This document shows positions 47,830 through 58,287 of a stretch of 64,000 nucleotides of DNA, in pieces. Under the pieces are notes generated by a model. It had not been told where the DNA came from. It searched no databases and saw nothing but the letters and a program-made list of their open reading frames with translations. The translations under genes were made by a program, and so were the position numbers. Origin of the DNA: an uncultured Verrucomicrobiae bacterium. Its GTDB lineage: Bacteria; Verrucomicrobiota; Verrucomicrobiia; Chthoniobacterales; JAFAMB01. Within the stretch, counting starts at the first letter, position 1. Every line of letters starts with the position of its first letter. The stretch is from NCBI GenBank assembly GCA_963837955.1, contig CAWIPH010000002.1, positions 3,648,001 to 3,712,000 on the forward strand, given 5' to 3'.

Positions 47830-48930
47830 TCAGTAGATCTCCACTGGCGACCGCTTGCCATCGTCAGGGCTTCGTTGCTTGGCCAACTCGGACCCAAGCA
47901 CGGCAACCCGAAGATCCCAAACCTGATCGTCCAGGGCTTGAAAGGCTTCTTCCGAAAACGGCCGAGCTGGAGCAAGCTGACGCTTGACGGCATCAATCGC
48001 AGACAGCGCGGGATCAAGCAGCTTGGGAGTGAGACGATGAAGTGTTTCATAGGCCTCGCGCACCATCGAAATGCGGTGGCAAATCATCGCTAGATGATTT
48101 CCGGCGGTAACGGATCGAGTGATCGCTTCAACAAATCCGACCTCATTGATGATCGCACCCATATCGAGATCGTCGGTCGTGATCAGCCCAGTAAAACCCA
48201 GTTCCTCTTTAAGCAAATCGGTAATGACACGTCTGGATAAAGAGGCCGGAATCTTTTCTGGATCCAACGCCGGATACCAAGCGTGCCCAATCATCATGCT
48301 AGAGACCCGATTCGCAAAAGCTCGAAAGATCGCGAGTTCGCACGCCTCGAGTTCAGTCCGGGAACGCTCGATCGTGGGAAGATCATGATGAGGGTCTAAG
48401 CCGGCGGCCGCGTATCCTGGAAAATGCTTTCCACAAGTAAGAATGCCAGTCGACAGTAGCGAATCATGGAAAGCTCCGGCAAATTGGATCACCTGTTCCA
48501 CCGAAGTTCCAAAGCAACGGCCCCGCAACGAATTATCCGCTCCATCATCAAACGAGATGTCCAAAACGGGGCAAAGATCGAGATTGAACCCGAATAGCCG
48601 GAGCAGATTGCCAGTGAGTTCCCCATGGACCCGAATCAAACTTTCATCGCCTTTCTGCCGAAGCTGCTGAGCGTTAGGCGGCTCATTACCGATCACCTTT
48701 AGGCGCGAAACGCGGCCACCTTCCTGGTCGATGGCAACGAGCGGCTCAACCGCAGAGAGATCACGCAAATCGTCCACCAAGTTTCTGAGCTGACTTGGAC
48801 TTCGGATGTTCCGGGCAAACAAAACGAAACCACCGGGCTGGATCTCTCGAAAAGCGGCCGCAGTCTCCGAATCCAAGTCGGGACCGGGAACTCCGACCAG
48901 CAAAAGTTGACCTAAATCACTTCGTTCCAT
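47830..48930 (-). CDS. nagZ: GH3 beta-N-acetylhexosaminidase
   Basis: AIDQEGGRVSR, CPVLD, GKHFPG, DPHHDLP, TDDLDMGA. Confidence 0.88.
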   Translation of the reverse strand: MERSDLGQLLLVGVPGPDLDSETAAAFREIQPGGFVLFARNIRSPSQLRNLVDDLRDLSAVEPLVAIDQEGGRVSRLKVIGNEPPNAQQLRQKGDESLIRVHGELTGNLLRLFGFNLDLCPVLDISFDDGADNSLRGRCFGTSVEQVIQFAGAFHDSLLSTGILTCGKHFPGYAAAGLDPHHDLPTIERSRTELEACELAIFRAFANRVSSMMIGHAWYPALDPEKIPASLSRRVITDLLKEELGFTGLITTDDLDMGAIINEVGFVEAITRSVTAGNHLAMICHRISMVREAYETLHRLTPKLLDPALSAIDAVKRQLAPARPFSEEAFQALDDQVWDLRVAVLGSELAKQRSPDDGKRSPVEIY

Positions 48931-49011
48931 AGGCTGAATCGCATGATACGGGAGAGTCGAAAGATGGCGATGATAACTTTTCGTTTTCAGCATTAATTTG
49001 GCCAGATATTG

Positions 49012-49593
49012 ATGAAGATCGCGATTTATGGCGGCACATTTGACCCGATTCATCACGGACATCTGATTCTCGCGCGGCAAGCTTTAGAAGATCTGAATTT
49101 AGATCTGGTGATCTTCGTTCCAGCGGCCGAGTCGCCGTTCAAAACAAACCATCATACTGCGCCGGCGGAGCACCGTCTGGAGATGGTCAAATTAGCGGTT
49201 CAGAATGAGCCGGGCTTCGTCGTGGACTCTCTGGAGATCGATCGCGGGGGAACTTCCTTCTCGATTGACACTGTACTTGCTATCCGAAAGAAATTTCCGA
49301 ACTCCGAACTTTTTTTTCTGCTGGGCGAAGACAATGCGGATCACCTGCCGGAGTGGCATCGGTTCGAAGAACTCGAGAAGCTCGTCCGATTTATCGTCCT
49401 GAGCCGCACCGATAAGCGTTTGCCAAAACGATACCCAGTGATACGCCGGCATTTCGAGATCTCAGCAACGGATATCAGAAACAGAGTTGCCAATCGTCAG
49501 CCGATCACGTATCTGGTTCCAGAAGTCGTCTTGCGGTACATTCTGGATCATAACCTATATCAAGGAGAGCGCTTATCGGCCCGGAGGAGTTAG
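49012..49593 (+). CDS. nadD: Nicotinate-nucleotide adenylyltransferase
   Basis: GGTFDPIHHGH, LGEDN, EISATDIR. Confidence 0.95.
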   Translation: MKIAIYGGTFDPIHHGHLILARQALEDLNLDLVIFVPAAESPFKTNHHTAPAEHRLEMVKLAVQNEPGFVVDSLEIDRGGTSFSIDTVLAIRKKFPNSELFFLLGEDNADHLPEWHRFEELEKLVRFIVLSRTDKRLPKRYPVIRRHFEISATDIRNRVANRQPITYLVPEVVLRYILDHNLYQGERLSARRS

Positions 49594-49922
49594 CACAACA
49601 TTGCGCGGAACTTGCCGAGGACAAGAAGGCCGAAGATATCGTTGTCCTTGACTTGCGAGGTATCTCGTCCTTCACCGATTATTTCGTGATTTGTTCGGCA
49701 ACTTCGGAACCGCATCTCAAAGCCATTAGCTCCGGGATTCGGGAAGGATTGCACCGACAATTCGGGTTATCGCCGATGGCCTCGGAAGGAGCTCCGGCCA
49801 GCCAATGGTTAGTGATAGATTACAATGACGTCTTAATCCACGTTTTCCATGCGCAGAAACGGCAATTTTACGCCTTGGAAAATCTCTGGAGCGATGCGCC
49901 TCGGATAAGCTACTCTATCTGA
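49575..49922 (+). CDS. rsfS: Ribosome silencing factor; proposed non-canonical ATC start
   Basis: DKKAEDIVVLDLRGISSFTDYFVICS, WLVIDYNDVLIHVF, RQFYALENLWSDA. The frame is open from 49554 with no ATG/GTG/TTG before 49653. Confidence 0.9.
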   Translation: MGPEELAQHCAELAEDKKAEDIVVLDLRGISSFTDYFVICSATSEPHLKAISSGIREGLHRQFGLSPMASEGAPASQWLVIDYNDVLIHVFHAQKRQFYALENLWSDAPRISYSI

Positions 49923-49932
49923 TCGACTCTTT

Positions 49933-50757
49933 ATGTTGAAGCATCGGGACGCAATCTTTCGTTTGCTCACCGACGATGATCCAGTAACCATCGATCTGAC
50001 CAAACGTCAGCTAGTCTCTTTCGGACCTACCATCGTATCGGACCTCCGTGAATTACTGGACTATGGCAATGATCTGGTCGGCAGCCATGTTCAGGACATT
50101 ATCGCCGAGATTGAAGTAGGAGATGCCGAGAAAAAATTGGAAACGCTCTGCTCCGACGTCTCTTCCACCCAGGCGCTGGAGGAGGCTTGTTGGTTGCTGG
50201 CACAATTTTTCCTGCCTGGCCTCGATGTACCCGCCTACGTAGAGCGGTTCGATCTCTGGGCATCCCAACTACGCGAGAAAACAGCGTCTGCGTCAACCGA
50301 TCTAATTCGGGTTCAGATCTTCGGGAATTTTTTTGCGAAACAACTCAGATTCAGAGGTAATTCGGAGAATTATTACGACGTAAAGAATTCACTTCTCCCT
50401 TTCGTGATCGACGCACGCCAAGGAATTCCCTCTTCGCTCTCCCTTGTTTACATATTCGTCGCAGCTCGCGCCGGATGGATCATCGATGGCGTCAGTTTGC
50501 CGGGCCATTTTATCGTCCGGCACGGCAGCGTCCTCTTCGATCCGTTTCACGAGGCGCAGATTCTCTCCGTTCGGGACTGTCAGAACGTCTTCCGTCACCA
50601 AAGTCTACCTTTCGAATCGAGCAGTCTGGACCCGGTCAGTCCGAGGCTGATTCTCACCCAAATTTTGGCTAACCTGGCCTATAGCCTGGAGGGCGAAGAG
50701 GAGTTTGATCAATCGACTAAGCTTTCCTCTTGGATTCGATTGCTCAACCGGACATGA
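49933..50757 (+). CDS. SirB1/transglutaminase-like family protein
   Basis: FRGNSENYYDVKNSLL, RQGIPSSLSLVY, GVSLPGHF, FDPF. Confidence 0.85.
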   Translation: MLKHRDAIFRLLTDDDPVTIDLTKRQLVSFGPTIVSDLRELLDYGNDLVGSHVQDIIAEIEVGDAEKKLETLCSDVSSTQALEEACWLLAQFFLPGLDVPAYVERFDLWASQLREKTASASTDLIRVQIFGNFFAKQLRFRGNSENYYDVKNSLLPFVIDARQGIPSSLSLVYIFVAARAGWIIDGVSLPGHFIVRHGSVLFDPFHEAQILSVRDCQNVFRHQSLPFESSSLDPVSPRLILTQILANLAYSLEGEEEFDQSTKLSSWIRLLNRT

Positions 50758-51977
50758 GCGATCTTTGGCCAGTAGAAATCATTAACACCGGTACGGAACT
50801 TTTGTTCGGCAGCGTGGTCAACACGCATCTCGCTTACCTCGGACAACAGCTCTTGCCGCTGGGGCTTAGGGTCAACCGTCAGACCACGATTCCGGATGGT
50901 CAGCCGATCGCCGATGCCGTTCGAGAAGCGGCATCCCGTTGTCGGATGATGTTCATAACCGGTGGATTGGGGCCCACCTCCGACGACGTAACTCGCGAAC
51001 TCGTGGCTGAGCTGACCGGCCGGCCGCTCCGCTTCGATGAAAGTATCTTCTCTCAGATTGAAGAACATTTCGCGAAACGAGGGTTCCATCTGACCGACCC
51101 CATCAAACGCCAAGCCTACGTTCCCGACGGCGCAACCGTTTTGCCAAACGATTTCGGGACAGCACCCGGACTTTATCTTCCGGCGACTTCCGCGTTTCCG
51201 CATCTCTTTCTGCTTCCCGGTCCTCCCCGGGAGTTGCGACCGATGTTTCAGGTTTACGTAGCTCCGAAAGTAGCAGAAATCGTCGGTCATTCGGATCTGA
51301 AAGCCATCGTGTTTCGAACAAGTGGAATTGGAGAGTCGTTCATCCAAGAGATGGTTGGAGCCGAGCTGGATATGGTTAACGGAGTTGAGGTCGGATATTG
51401 TGCCGGGGTCGGTTCAGTCGACCTCAGGATTGCCGGAGCTGGCGATGCGGTTGAGCAAGGTGCCAAGATCGTTCGAGAAAGACTCGAACCCTATATCATC
51501 AGCACCGATGGAAGGGAGCTAGAAGAGATCGTAGTGGAGCTGCTGGCCAAGCGAAATGAAACGATCGCCGTCGCCGAATCGTGTACTGGAGGTTGGCTAG
51601 CGAACCGGATCACCAATGTCTCAGGCTCGTCGGCCGTGTTTTTGGAGGGAAATATCACCTACTCCAACGAAGCCAAAATTCGTACCTTGAACGTTCCGCC
51701 AGTACTCATTGAACGTTTTGGCGCGGTCAGCGAACAAGTTGCCGCAGCCATGGCTGAGGGAGCTCGGACTAGGTCCCAAGCTCATTATGCGCTTTCCACG
51801 ACCGGTATCGCCGGACCGACAGGCGGGACAGAAGAAAAACCGGTCGGAACGGTTTTTATCGGCATCGCATCAGGCTCGACCGAAGTTCAGAAGCTCTATC
51901 TCCCCACCGATCGCCTGACGTTCAAACAAGTGGTGTCGCAACAAGCGCTGGATTTATTACGGAAAAAGCTGGTGTGA
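50754..51977 (+). CDS. cinA: CinA competence/damage-inducible protein (MocF domain plus PncC NMN deamidase)
   Basis: GTELLFG, TGGLGPTSDD, GTAPG, AESCTGG, GAVSEQ, TGIAGP. Confidence 0.93.
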   Translation: MSDLWPVEIINTGTELLFGSVVNTHLAYLGQQLLPLGLRVNRQTTIPDGQPIADAVREAASRCRMMFITGGLGPTSDDVTRELVAELTGRPLRFDESIFSQIEEHFAKRGFHLTDPIKRQAYVPDGATVLPNDFGTAPGLYLPATSAFPHLFLLPGPPRELRPMFQVYVAPKVAEIVGHSDLKAIVFRTSGIGESFIQEMVGAELDMVNGVEVGYCAGVGSVDLRIAGAGDAVEQGAKIVRERLEPYIISTDGRELEEIVVELLAKRNETIAVAESCTGGWLANRITNVSGSSAVFLEGNITYSNEAKIRTLNVPPVLIERFGAVSEQVAAAMAEGARTRSQAHYALSTTGIAGPTGGTEEKPVGTVFIGIASGSTEVQKLYLPTDRLTFKQVVSQQALDLLRKKLV

Positions 51978-52020
51978 GCCGGTGAGATTCGTTGCTTTTC
52001 AACGACTCGGCACACCCAAC

Positions 52021-52164
52021 GTCGGAGGGTGCGCCGCTTGCGGCGCCCGGAAGCTATCTCGCGTCTACCGAGGAATCGAGCCAAGGATCGTGATTGGGCG
52101 TTTGTGTGCGGATTTCGGATCGCGCTGGGTGTTTCCGGGCGCCGCAAGCGGCGCACCCTCCGAC
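52021..52164. repeat. GGAG-type REP doublet with perfect 32-bp inverted arms
   Basis: 52021-52052 is the exact reverse complement of 52133-52164. Confidence 0.9.
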
Positions 52165-52196
52165 AATTTGGCGAAATCGGAAGCCGATCCCCCCAA

Positions 52197-53711
52197 TCAC
52201 GCCATCAAATGGAGCAAAGCCTCTTGCGAAAACTGGTCATGGGGCACTTCTCCAGTGAGAAACCCTTCCCGCATCGTAATGATACGCCGGCTTAGACTCA
52301 GCAGTTCCGGCAATTCGGAAGAAATCATGAGCACTGCTACCCCTTGGCAGGCGACCTCATCGAGAAGCTCATAAATTTCCGCTTTTGCTCCGACATCCAC
52401 GCCGCGCGTCGGTTCGTCGACGATGAGCAGATCGCAACTCCGGGCCAGCCATTTGGCGATTGCCACCTTTTGCTGATTGCCCCCGCTGAGACCAGCGGTA
52501 ACGGAGTCAAGCGTAGGAGCCTTTACCCGCAGCCGATCGGTTAGCTTCTTCACTTCGGAGCGCTCTTTTCTCTGATCGACAAATCCCAGACGGCTGAAGA
52601 AATCCAGATGGGGGAGCGAGATATTGTCCAAGATGCTCATCATCAAGATGAGACCCTCTTTCTTGCGATCTTCCGGAAGGTAGCCAATTCGTCTCTTCAT
52701 CGACTCATTCACCCTGCCCAGGTGAACCTTCTCTCCTTTGATGTAAAGGTCCCCGGTCGCGAGCCTATCTAATCCGAAAATTGCTTTTGCGACATCGGTC
52801 CGGCCGGCACCGACCAGACCTGCCATCCCCACTATCTCGTTGCGCCGTACTGTCAGTGCAATTTTCTCAAATTTTCCAATAGAGGAGAGATTCTCGACTC
52901 GCAGGATTTCCTCGCCCGGCGTCAAATCAAGGTGATTTGGCCGTTTCGCCAGGACATCTCGACCCACCATCTGCCGAATCAATCGCTGGCGATTCGTTTG
53001 GGCGATAGGCTCCGTCGCAACATGCTTGCCGTCTCGCAGCACCGTCACCATATCGCCGAGACGAAAAATCTCATCCATTCGATGCGAGACATAGATGATC
53101 GTCGTACCGCGCTCCTTCAGCCGGCTGATCAATCGGAATAGTTGCTCACTTTCGTTGACCGAAAGGGAACTGGTCGGTTCATCAAAGATGATAATACGAG
53201 CGTTAATTCCGATAGCGGAAGCAATCTGCACCATTTGCTCTTGGCCCGTGGTCAGTTGGGCCACCGGAGTATGGACATCCATATCGACACCGATCTCCGC
53301 CATCAATTGCCGGGCTCGCGTGACCAAGCGTGATCGATCGACGAATCCAAATTTCTCTGGGGTGGTACCGAGCTGAAGATTCTCCGCCACACTTAGATTC
53401 GGACAAAAAGCCAGCTCCTGGTGTACCAACGCAATACCCAATCTCTGGGCCGAAAGCGGATCGGTGGGGTAAACCACTTCCCCTTCAATCTTTATGACGC
53501 CGGAGTCTGCCTGATAAATGCCGGCAATGATTTTTCCCAAAGTACTTTTCCCGGCACCGTTCTCGCCCATGAGTGCGTGGACAGAGCCCTTCTCGAAGTC
53601 GACGGAAACATCGTCCAATGCGCGCACACCGGGAAAAATCTTCGAAATATGTTCGACGCTGAGAAAGGCCACGTGATTTGGGAGGTTAATTACGGGAGCG
53701 TTCGCTAACAA
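52197..53711 (-). CDS. Monosaccharide ABC transporter ATP-binding protein (RbsA-like)
   Basis: GENGAGKST, FDEPTSSL, LSGGNQQK, DEPTRGVDVGAK. Confidence 0.92.
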   Translation of the reverse strand: MLANAPVINLPNHVAFLSVEHISKIFPGVRALDDVSVDFEKGSVHALMGENGAGKSTLGKIIAGIYQADSGVIKIEGEVVYPTDPLSAQRLGIALVHQELAFCPNLSVAENLQLGTTPEKFGFVDRSRLVTRARQLMAEIGVDMDVHTPVAQLTTGQEQMVQIASAIGINARIIIFDEPTSSLSVNESEQLFRLISRLKERGTTIIYVSHRMDEIFRLGDMVTVLRDGKHVATEPIAQTNRQRLIRQMVGRDVLAKRPNHLDLTPGEEILRVENLSSIGKFEKIALTVRRNEIVGMAGLVGAGRTDVAKAIFGLDRLATGDLYIKGEKVHLGRVNESMKRRIGYLPEDRKKEGLILMMSILDNISLPHLDFFSRLGFVDQRKERSEVKKLTDRLRVKAPTLDSVTAGLSGGNQQKVAIAKWLARSCDLLIVDEPTRGVDVGAKAEIYELLDEVACQGVAVLMISSELPELLSLSRRIITMREGFLTGEVPHDQFSQEALLHLMA

Positions 53712-53813
53712 GAACCGGCGTCCGCATCAGATGCCGGAAAGGCTCTGGAAGAACGAGGTGCTCTCGAAGCAGCAACTTCGAGAGCACCATGAATTGCAGA
53801 ATAGTTACTTAAC

Positions 53814-54773
53814 TCACTTGGGCAGCCACTTGTCCCAATTCTTGGCAAACTCGTCTACGTTCGCTTTGGTAATCGGAATCAGATCCGCTTTCACAAAGGT
53901 CGACGGCGGATTCTTCTTCTCCGCAGCCTTAGCGTAGAGCATGTCGACCGACTTGGTGCCCCACTCGTAGACCTGTTGGGCGAGTAGCACCTGGACGTGA
54001 CCATCACGCAGGTAACCGAGTTCAGCTGGGAGAGCATCGACGGCAACTACTTTGACGCTACCAGGGGAGAACTTGAGTGCATTGTCCGTAAAAAGCGGCC
54101 AACCACCAACCATTGCCCATCCGGTAATTTCTGGGTGCGCTTGCATCACTTGCTCGACTTTCGCTGCAGCATCTTGCGGCGTTTCTTTGTGATAGTAAGT
54201 ATCGATGATCTTGATGCCAGGCGATTTTTGCGCCTCTTCCTTTACTCCCGCGACGCGCTTCTGCAGATTCGGCGCATTTTGGTTACCTGCCAAAATCGCG
54301 ACGACACCTTTGCCGTTCATCTCCTTGGCCAATTCCGACATGACCTTGTGACCGCAGTCGATATCGTCTGTGCCAAAGTTGGCGAGACGCTTGCTCTTCG
54401 GCACATCCGAGTCAAAGCAGGTTACGGGCACACCTTTAGCCACAGCACTATTGATGGCATCGGTGAGCTTATTGGCGTCCGAGGCGCTCACAGCAATACC
54501 GGAAGCACCGGCATTCACGAGCTGTTCGATTGCTTCTACCTGTTTTTGTGGATCTTCTTCGTTCGGCGTTCGCCAATCGATTTTGATCGTCACACCATTT
54601 TTTTCGCTCAAGGCCTTCGCCTCGTCTTCAGCACCAGTCTTCGCTGCTTGGAAGACTGGGTTATTGTTAGACTTGGCTACAATGCCAAAAGTGTAGGTTT
54701 TATCCGCAGCAAAACTACCTGCTGCGAGCAAGCCAAGAAGGCTTGCGACGGCTACTGTTGTTTTTCTAATCAT
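53814..54773 (-). CDS. Monosaccharide ABC transporter substrate-binding protein
   Basis: Signal peptide; Peripla_BP_4-like NPVFQAAKTGA, FDSDVP, GTDD. Confidence 0.9.
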   Translation of the reverse strand: MIRKTTVAVASLLGLLAAGSFAADKTYTFGIVAKSNNNPVFQAAKTGAEDEAKALSEKNGVTIKIDWRTPNEEDPQKQVEAIEQLVNAGASGIAVSASDANKLTDAINSAVAKGVPVTCFDSDVPKSKRLANFGTDDIDCGHKVMSELAKEMNGKGVVAILAGNQNAPNLQKRVAGVKEEAQKSPGIKIIDTYYHKETPQDAAAKVEQVMQAHPEITGWAMVGGWPLFTDNALKFSPGSVKVVAVDALPAELGYLRDGHVQVLLAQQVYEWGTKSVDMLYAKAAEKKNPPSTFVKADLIPITKANVDEFAKNWDKWLPK

Positions 54774-54788
54774 TGGGGATTGGGGGCT

Positions 54789-55955
54789 TCAGTTTTGAGC
54801 AGCGGGGACTGGTGCATCGCTTGCTTTAACGACTTCTTTTTTGATGTGAGCAGTACGCGCGAGCAATCTTCGATCACTAATCCAGCGATTAAGCTGATCC
54901 AGAAGCACCGCAGTAATAACTACTACACCGGTGACAATTTGGCTATAGTTTTGCGGGATACCGAGGATGACCATTCCGGTCGAAATCATTTGCAAGATAA
55001 CGGCGCCGAGCACCGCTCCCAGCGCGCTGCCTTTGCCGCCGACCAGAGAAGCACCACCCACGACCGCCGCGGCAATTACCGTGAGCTCGTATCCCTGGCC
55101 GTCGCCGGATGATCCAGCTCCATAATAACCAAGCGCCAGGACTGCGCCGATACCGGCCGTAAGGCCGCTGAGCGTGTAAGCCAGGAGTTTAACCCTACCT
55201 ACGCGGATGCCGCTGTAGCGGCTGGCTGTTTCATTTCCGCCGATTGCGTAGATTCTTCGCCCGATGGTCATCCGGGCGAGGAAAATACCGCCCGCGAGGC
55301 AGACCAAAAGCATCACAATCAAAGGCACGAGACTGAGGTCGCCAATGACACCCTGTCTGACAAAATCACGAAAGCTCTGCGGGAAATTCCCGATCGATTG
55401 GCCGTTTGTTAGTACAAAAGCTATACCTCGGTAGATGGCCATCGTACCGAGAGAGATAATGAAGGGATGCACATTGAATCCCACAGTCATGATACCGTTG
55501 AGGAACCCACAAAGTACAGCCACCCCGATCGTAACCAGAACCCCGACGCAAGCCATCCAGGGGCTCCCATCCGATCCGAATTGAGTCATGTACAGGGCTC
55601 CTGCCACGGCAGCGAGCGCGTAAATCGATCCAACCGAAAGGTCGATACCGGCGGTAATAATCACTACCGTCATCCCGACGGCCATGATCGCGAAAAAACT
55701 CGTATCTTTGGCGATCTGCGTGAGCGTTTCCGCGTTCAAGAACTTGTTTACTTTGACGAGAACCGGGACCTCTTGGCCATTAGCGTCCGTTTGAGTGACT
55801 CGAGTTGCTTCACCATCAGGCCCTATCACGATCTTTGGACGCTCGACCTCACCGCCAAATATGGTGAGGAGCAACCCCAGAACCAAGATTACCACAATCA
55901 ACCCGCCCTCGGGGAATCTAGAGAGTCTAAGTCTGAACTTGGGACGAGACGACAT
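54789..55955 (-). CDS. Monosaccharide ABC transporter permease (RbsC-like)
   Basis: GIDLSVGS, PFIISLGT, AIGGNE, YELTVIAAAVVGGASL. Confidence 0.92.
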   Translation of the reverse strand: MSSRPKFRLRLSRFPEGGLIVVILVLGLLLTIFGGEVERPKIVIGPDGEATRVTQTDANGQEVPVLVKVNKFLNAETLTQIAKDTSFFAIMAVGMTVVIITAGIDLSVGSIYALAAVAGALYMTQFGSDGSPWMACVGVLVTIGVAVLCGFLNGIMTVGFNVHPFIISLGTMAIYRGIAFVLTNGQSIGNFPQSFRDFVRQGVIGDLSLVPLIVMLLVCLAGGIFLARMTIGRRIYAIGGNETASRYSGIRVGRVKLLAYTLSGLTAGIGAVLALGYYGAGSSGDGQGYELTVIAAAVVGGASLVGGKGSALGAVLGAVILQMISTGMVILGIPQNYSQIVTGVVVITAVLLDQLNRWISDRRLLARTAHIKKEVVKASDAPVPAAQN

Positions 55956-56132
55956 GGGGAACGCTTCCCCTCTCTATTGCAACCGCTCACGAAGTCAAGT
56001 GCTTGACATCATGAAATAAGAACGCGGACAGACCACCGGTCGCCCATTCGTTGCGCCGGAATTTTATTCAGTTACGAATTTTTTTGTTACTCAAAAAAAG
56101 TCAGCACCCTTTGACCCAACTAAGATACTTTT

Positions 56133-56759
56133 TCAGTTCTCCACTCGCACGATCGTACCCACGTTCACCTTCAAATAAAGGTCGTGAGCAATTTCGGACG
56201 GTAAACGAATACAGCCGTGCGACGCGGCATAGCCGGGAAGAATCCCCACATGCATGCCCACACCTTCCCAGGTGAGTCGCATAAACCAAGTCATAGGCGC
56301 ACCCTCGAAATGGGTTCCGCTCGGAGCACTATCAATTAGCGCGCTGACCCCGCCCCGGACGATGCGGCCGTGTGAATCGACAAAGTTGCCATATACATTG
56401 GAATGGTGATCCGGGTCCTTTTGTAGAATCGGAAAGGTACCGGTGGGAGTCGGCCGCGCTTTCTTTCCCGACGATACCGGCGAATCAATGGCGATTTCGT
56501 CTCCAGCCTTCACGTAAAGCCGCTGCCCCGGGATGGAGACCACGATCGAAATGTTCTCAGGCGTCAATTTATCGTAGGCTGCCTTATTGATAACCGCCGG
56601 CGCTTGGGTGGTCAGGAGTTGGCTTGGCGCAGTGACTTTCGCTTTCTGCTGCGACTTAAACCACAAAAAGTCAGCCTGGGCGGGCAGAGAGCCGAGAACC
56701 AGGAGAAAAAGGGTCGACAATGCGTGGCAAAGAGTCAGCCGGTGCGTTAAAAAGTTCAT
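56133..56759 (-). CDS. L,D-transpeptidase (YkuD family)
   Basis: VSSGK, TPTGTF, GMHVG...ASHGCIRL; signal peptide. Confidence 0.9.
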   Translation of the reverse strand: MNFLTHRLTLCHALSTLFLLVLGSLPAQADFLWFKSQQKAKVTAPSQLLTTQAPAVINKAAYDKLTPENISIVVSIPGQRLYVKAGDEIAIDSPVSSGKKARPTPTGTFPILQKDPDHHSNVYGNFVDSHGRIVRGGVSALIDSAPSGTHFEGAPMTWFMRLTWEGVGMHVGILPGYAASHGCIRLPSEIAHDLYLKVNVGTIVRVEN

Positions 56760-56950
56760 CTGCTGCGTGATAATCCGCTACGGATAGCGGATTTGGCGAT
56801 AGTGAATCAATCTAAAACCGGGCAGCCTCCCGAGCGCGGAGCGTCTGTCCGAGGCTGAAAACGCGAAATTTCGTGGCGACCCGCAGCACTCCCCGCTACC
56901 GTTTCGCGTTCCCGGCTGCCAGTATCCTGTACTCTGCTTTTACGCTTAAA

Positions 56951-57868
56951 ATGCTTCACTTGATCGATTCTTTTCACCTGAATACTTCAAATGTCATTTG
57001 TGTTGGGGTGATCGAAGCGGCCCCGGACACGCTGATCATGGTCGACTGCGGGCCAGCTAATGTGTTTGAAAATGTGGTCAACGAGCTGCAAAAACGGGGA
57101 CTGCCTCCCGAACGTGTCCGCCATCTTTTCGCGACGCATATTCATCTCGACCACAACGGCGGCGCTTGGCGCTGGCAGAAAGAATATGGCACGGTCGTCC
57201 ACGTTCATCCGAAAGGCGCACCGCATCTGGTCGATCCGTCGAAGTTGCTGGGAAGCGCAACCCGAATCTACGGCGATCGAATGGATTATCTCTGGGGCCC
57301 GATCGAAGCGATTCCAGAGGTCGCGGTTCAGCCCACCACCGATGGAGAAGTAATCCAGATCGGGGAAATAGCTTTACAGGTCGTCGAAACACCTGGTCAC
57401 GCCCAGCACCATAACGCTTACTACTTACCCTCCGAGCGCCTTCTTTTTGCGGGTGACCTCGCCGGCGTGGCCATCGGCAGCGGGCCGGTCCTTCCGCCCT
57501 GCCCTCCTCCCGATATCGACATAGAGACTTGGAACTTGTCGATCGACAGGATCCAACAGCTCGAACTCGACCGGCTCTGTCTGACCCATTTTGGCGAATT
57601 CCGTAACCCGAAAAGGCACTTCAAGGAATTGAGGGATCGACTGTCGGCGTGGGCCAAATGGATGAAAGACGCTTTGCGATCCGGAAAGTCGGAAGAGGCC
57701 ATTGTCCCCGAATTTGAGCGTTTCGCAGAGCAAGAAATACTTGGTTCAGGTGTTGGCCCGGAAGAAGTAGCGGTTTATGAACAAGCCGACCCGGCGGCCA
57801 TGAGCGTGACTGGACTTAGCCGCTATTGGAAAAAATACCATCCGGAAGAGCTAACGGCCGGCAGTTAG
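56951..57868 (+). CDS. MBL-fold metallo-hydrolase
   Basis: THIHLDHNGG, TPGHAQHH, FAGD, LTHFG. Confidence 0.9.
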   Translation: MLHLIDSFHLNTSNVICVGVIEAAPDTLIMVDCGPANVFENVVNELQKRGLPPERVRHLFATHIHLDHNGGAWRWQKEYGTVVHVHPKGAPHLVDPSKLLGSATRIYGDRMDYLWGPIEAIPEVAVQPTTDGEVIQIGEIALQVVETPGHAQHHNAYYLPSERLLFAGDLAGVAIGSGPVLPPCPPPDIDIETWNLSIDRIQQLELDRLCLTHFGEFRNPKRHFKELRDRLSAWAKWMKDALRSGKSEEAIVPEFERFAEQEILGSGVGPEEVAVYEQADPAAMSVTGLSRYWKKYHPEELTAGS

Positions 57869-57922
57869 CGGTTAATGCTTGGCGGTTGGCATTTGTCACC
57901 CGACCCATGTATCCTACCTCCT

Positions 57923-58180
57923 ATGGAATCTTTTGGCCAAGACGCGCCCGGCCCGAGCTGGAAAGAGCTCGAAGAACAATTTCGAACGCGGCCGTTGCAG
58001 TCCGCTCTCATCGCATTTGGAGTGGGTTTGCTATTGAGCTTCGGACCGATAAGGGGCCTTATCGGTCTGGCGTTTCGCCTTTTCTCCTTCGCGCTAAAGC
58101 CTGCTTTGCTGATCCTGGGCGCCGTGAAACTCTACGAATACGCCACGCAACGACCTTCAACCGACGAAGAAAAACATTAA
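57923..58180 (+). CDS. Small membrane protein (ElaB/YqjD-like motif)
   Basis: RPLQSALIAFGVGLLL followed by a second hydrophobic helix. Confidence 0.55.
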   Translation: MESFGQDAPGPSWKELEEQFRTRPLQSALIAFGVGLLLSFGPIRGLIGLAFRLFSFALKPALLILGAVKLYEYATQRPSTDEEKH

Positions 58181-58287
58181 TCACTGCTGTTGGGACGGTA
58201 GGATCCCGCAGGTGGCGCACCACCCCTAAAGTTCCTTTGACCCTTTGCACGGGAGCTGTTAACAATTCGCGAATAAGGCAAAGGCAA

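Noticed and set aside
53997..55112. 371-aa plus-strand ORF
   Set aside because: Antisense shadow of the sugar-binding protein and permease genes; no recognisable motifs.
56770..56920. Hairpins between the L,D-transpeptidase and MBL genes as a riboswitch or ncRNA
   Set aside because: No riboswitch consensus recognised by eye; may be a decayed palindrome. An Rfam scan would be needed.
57826..58287. N-terminal half of the 295-aa ORF
   Set aside because: Overlaps a better ORF (57923-58180); the signal peptide starts at ATG 58288.
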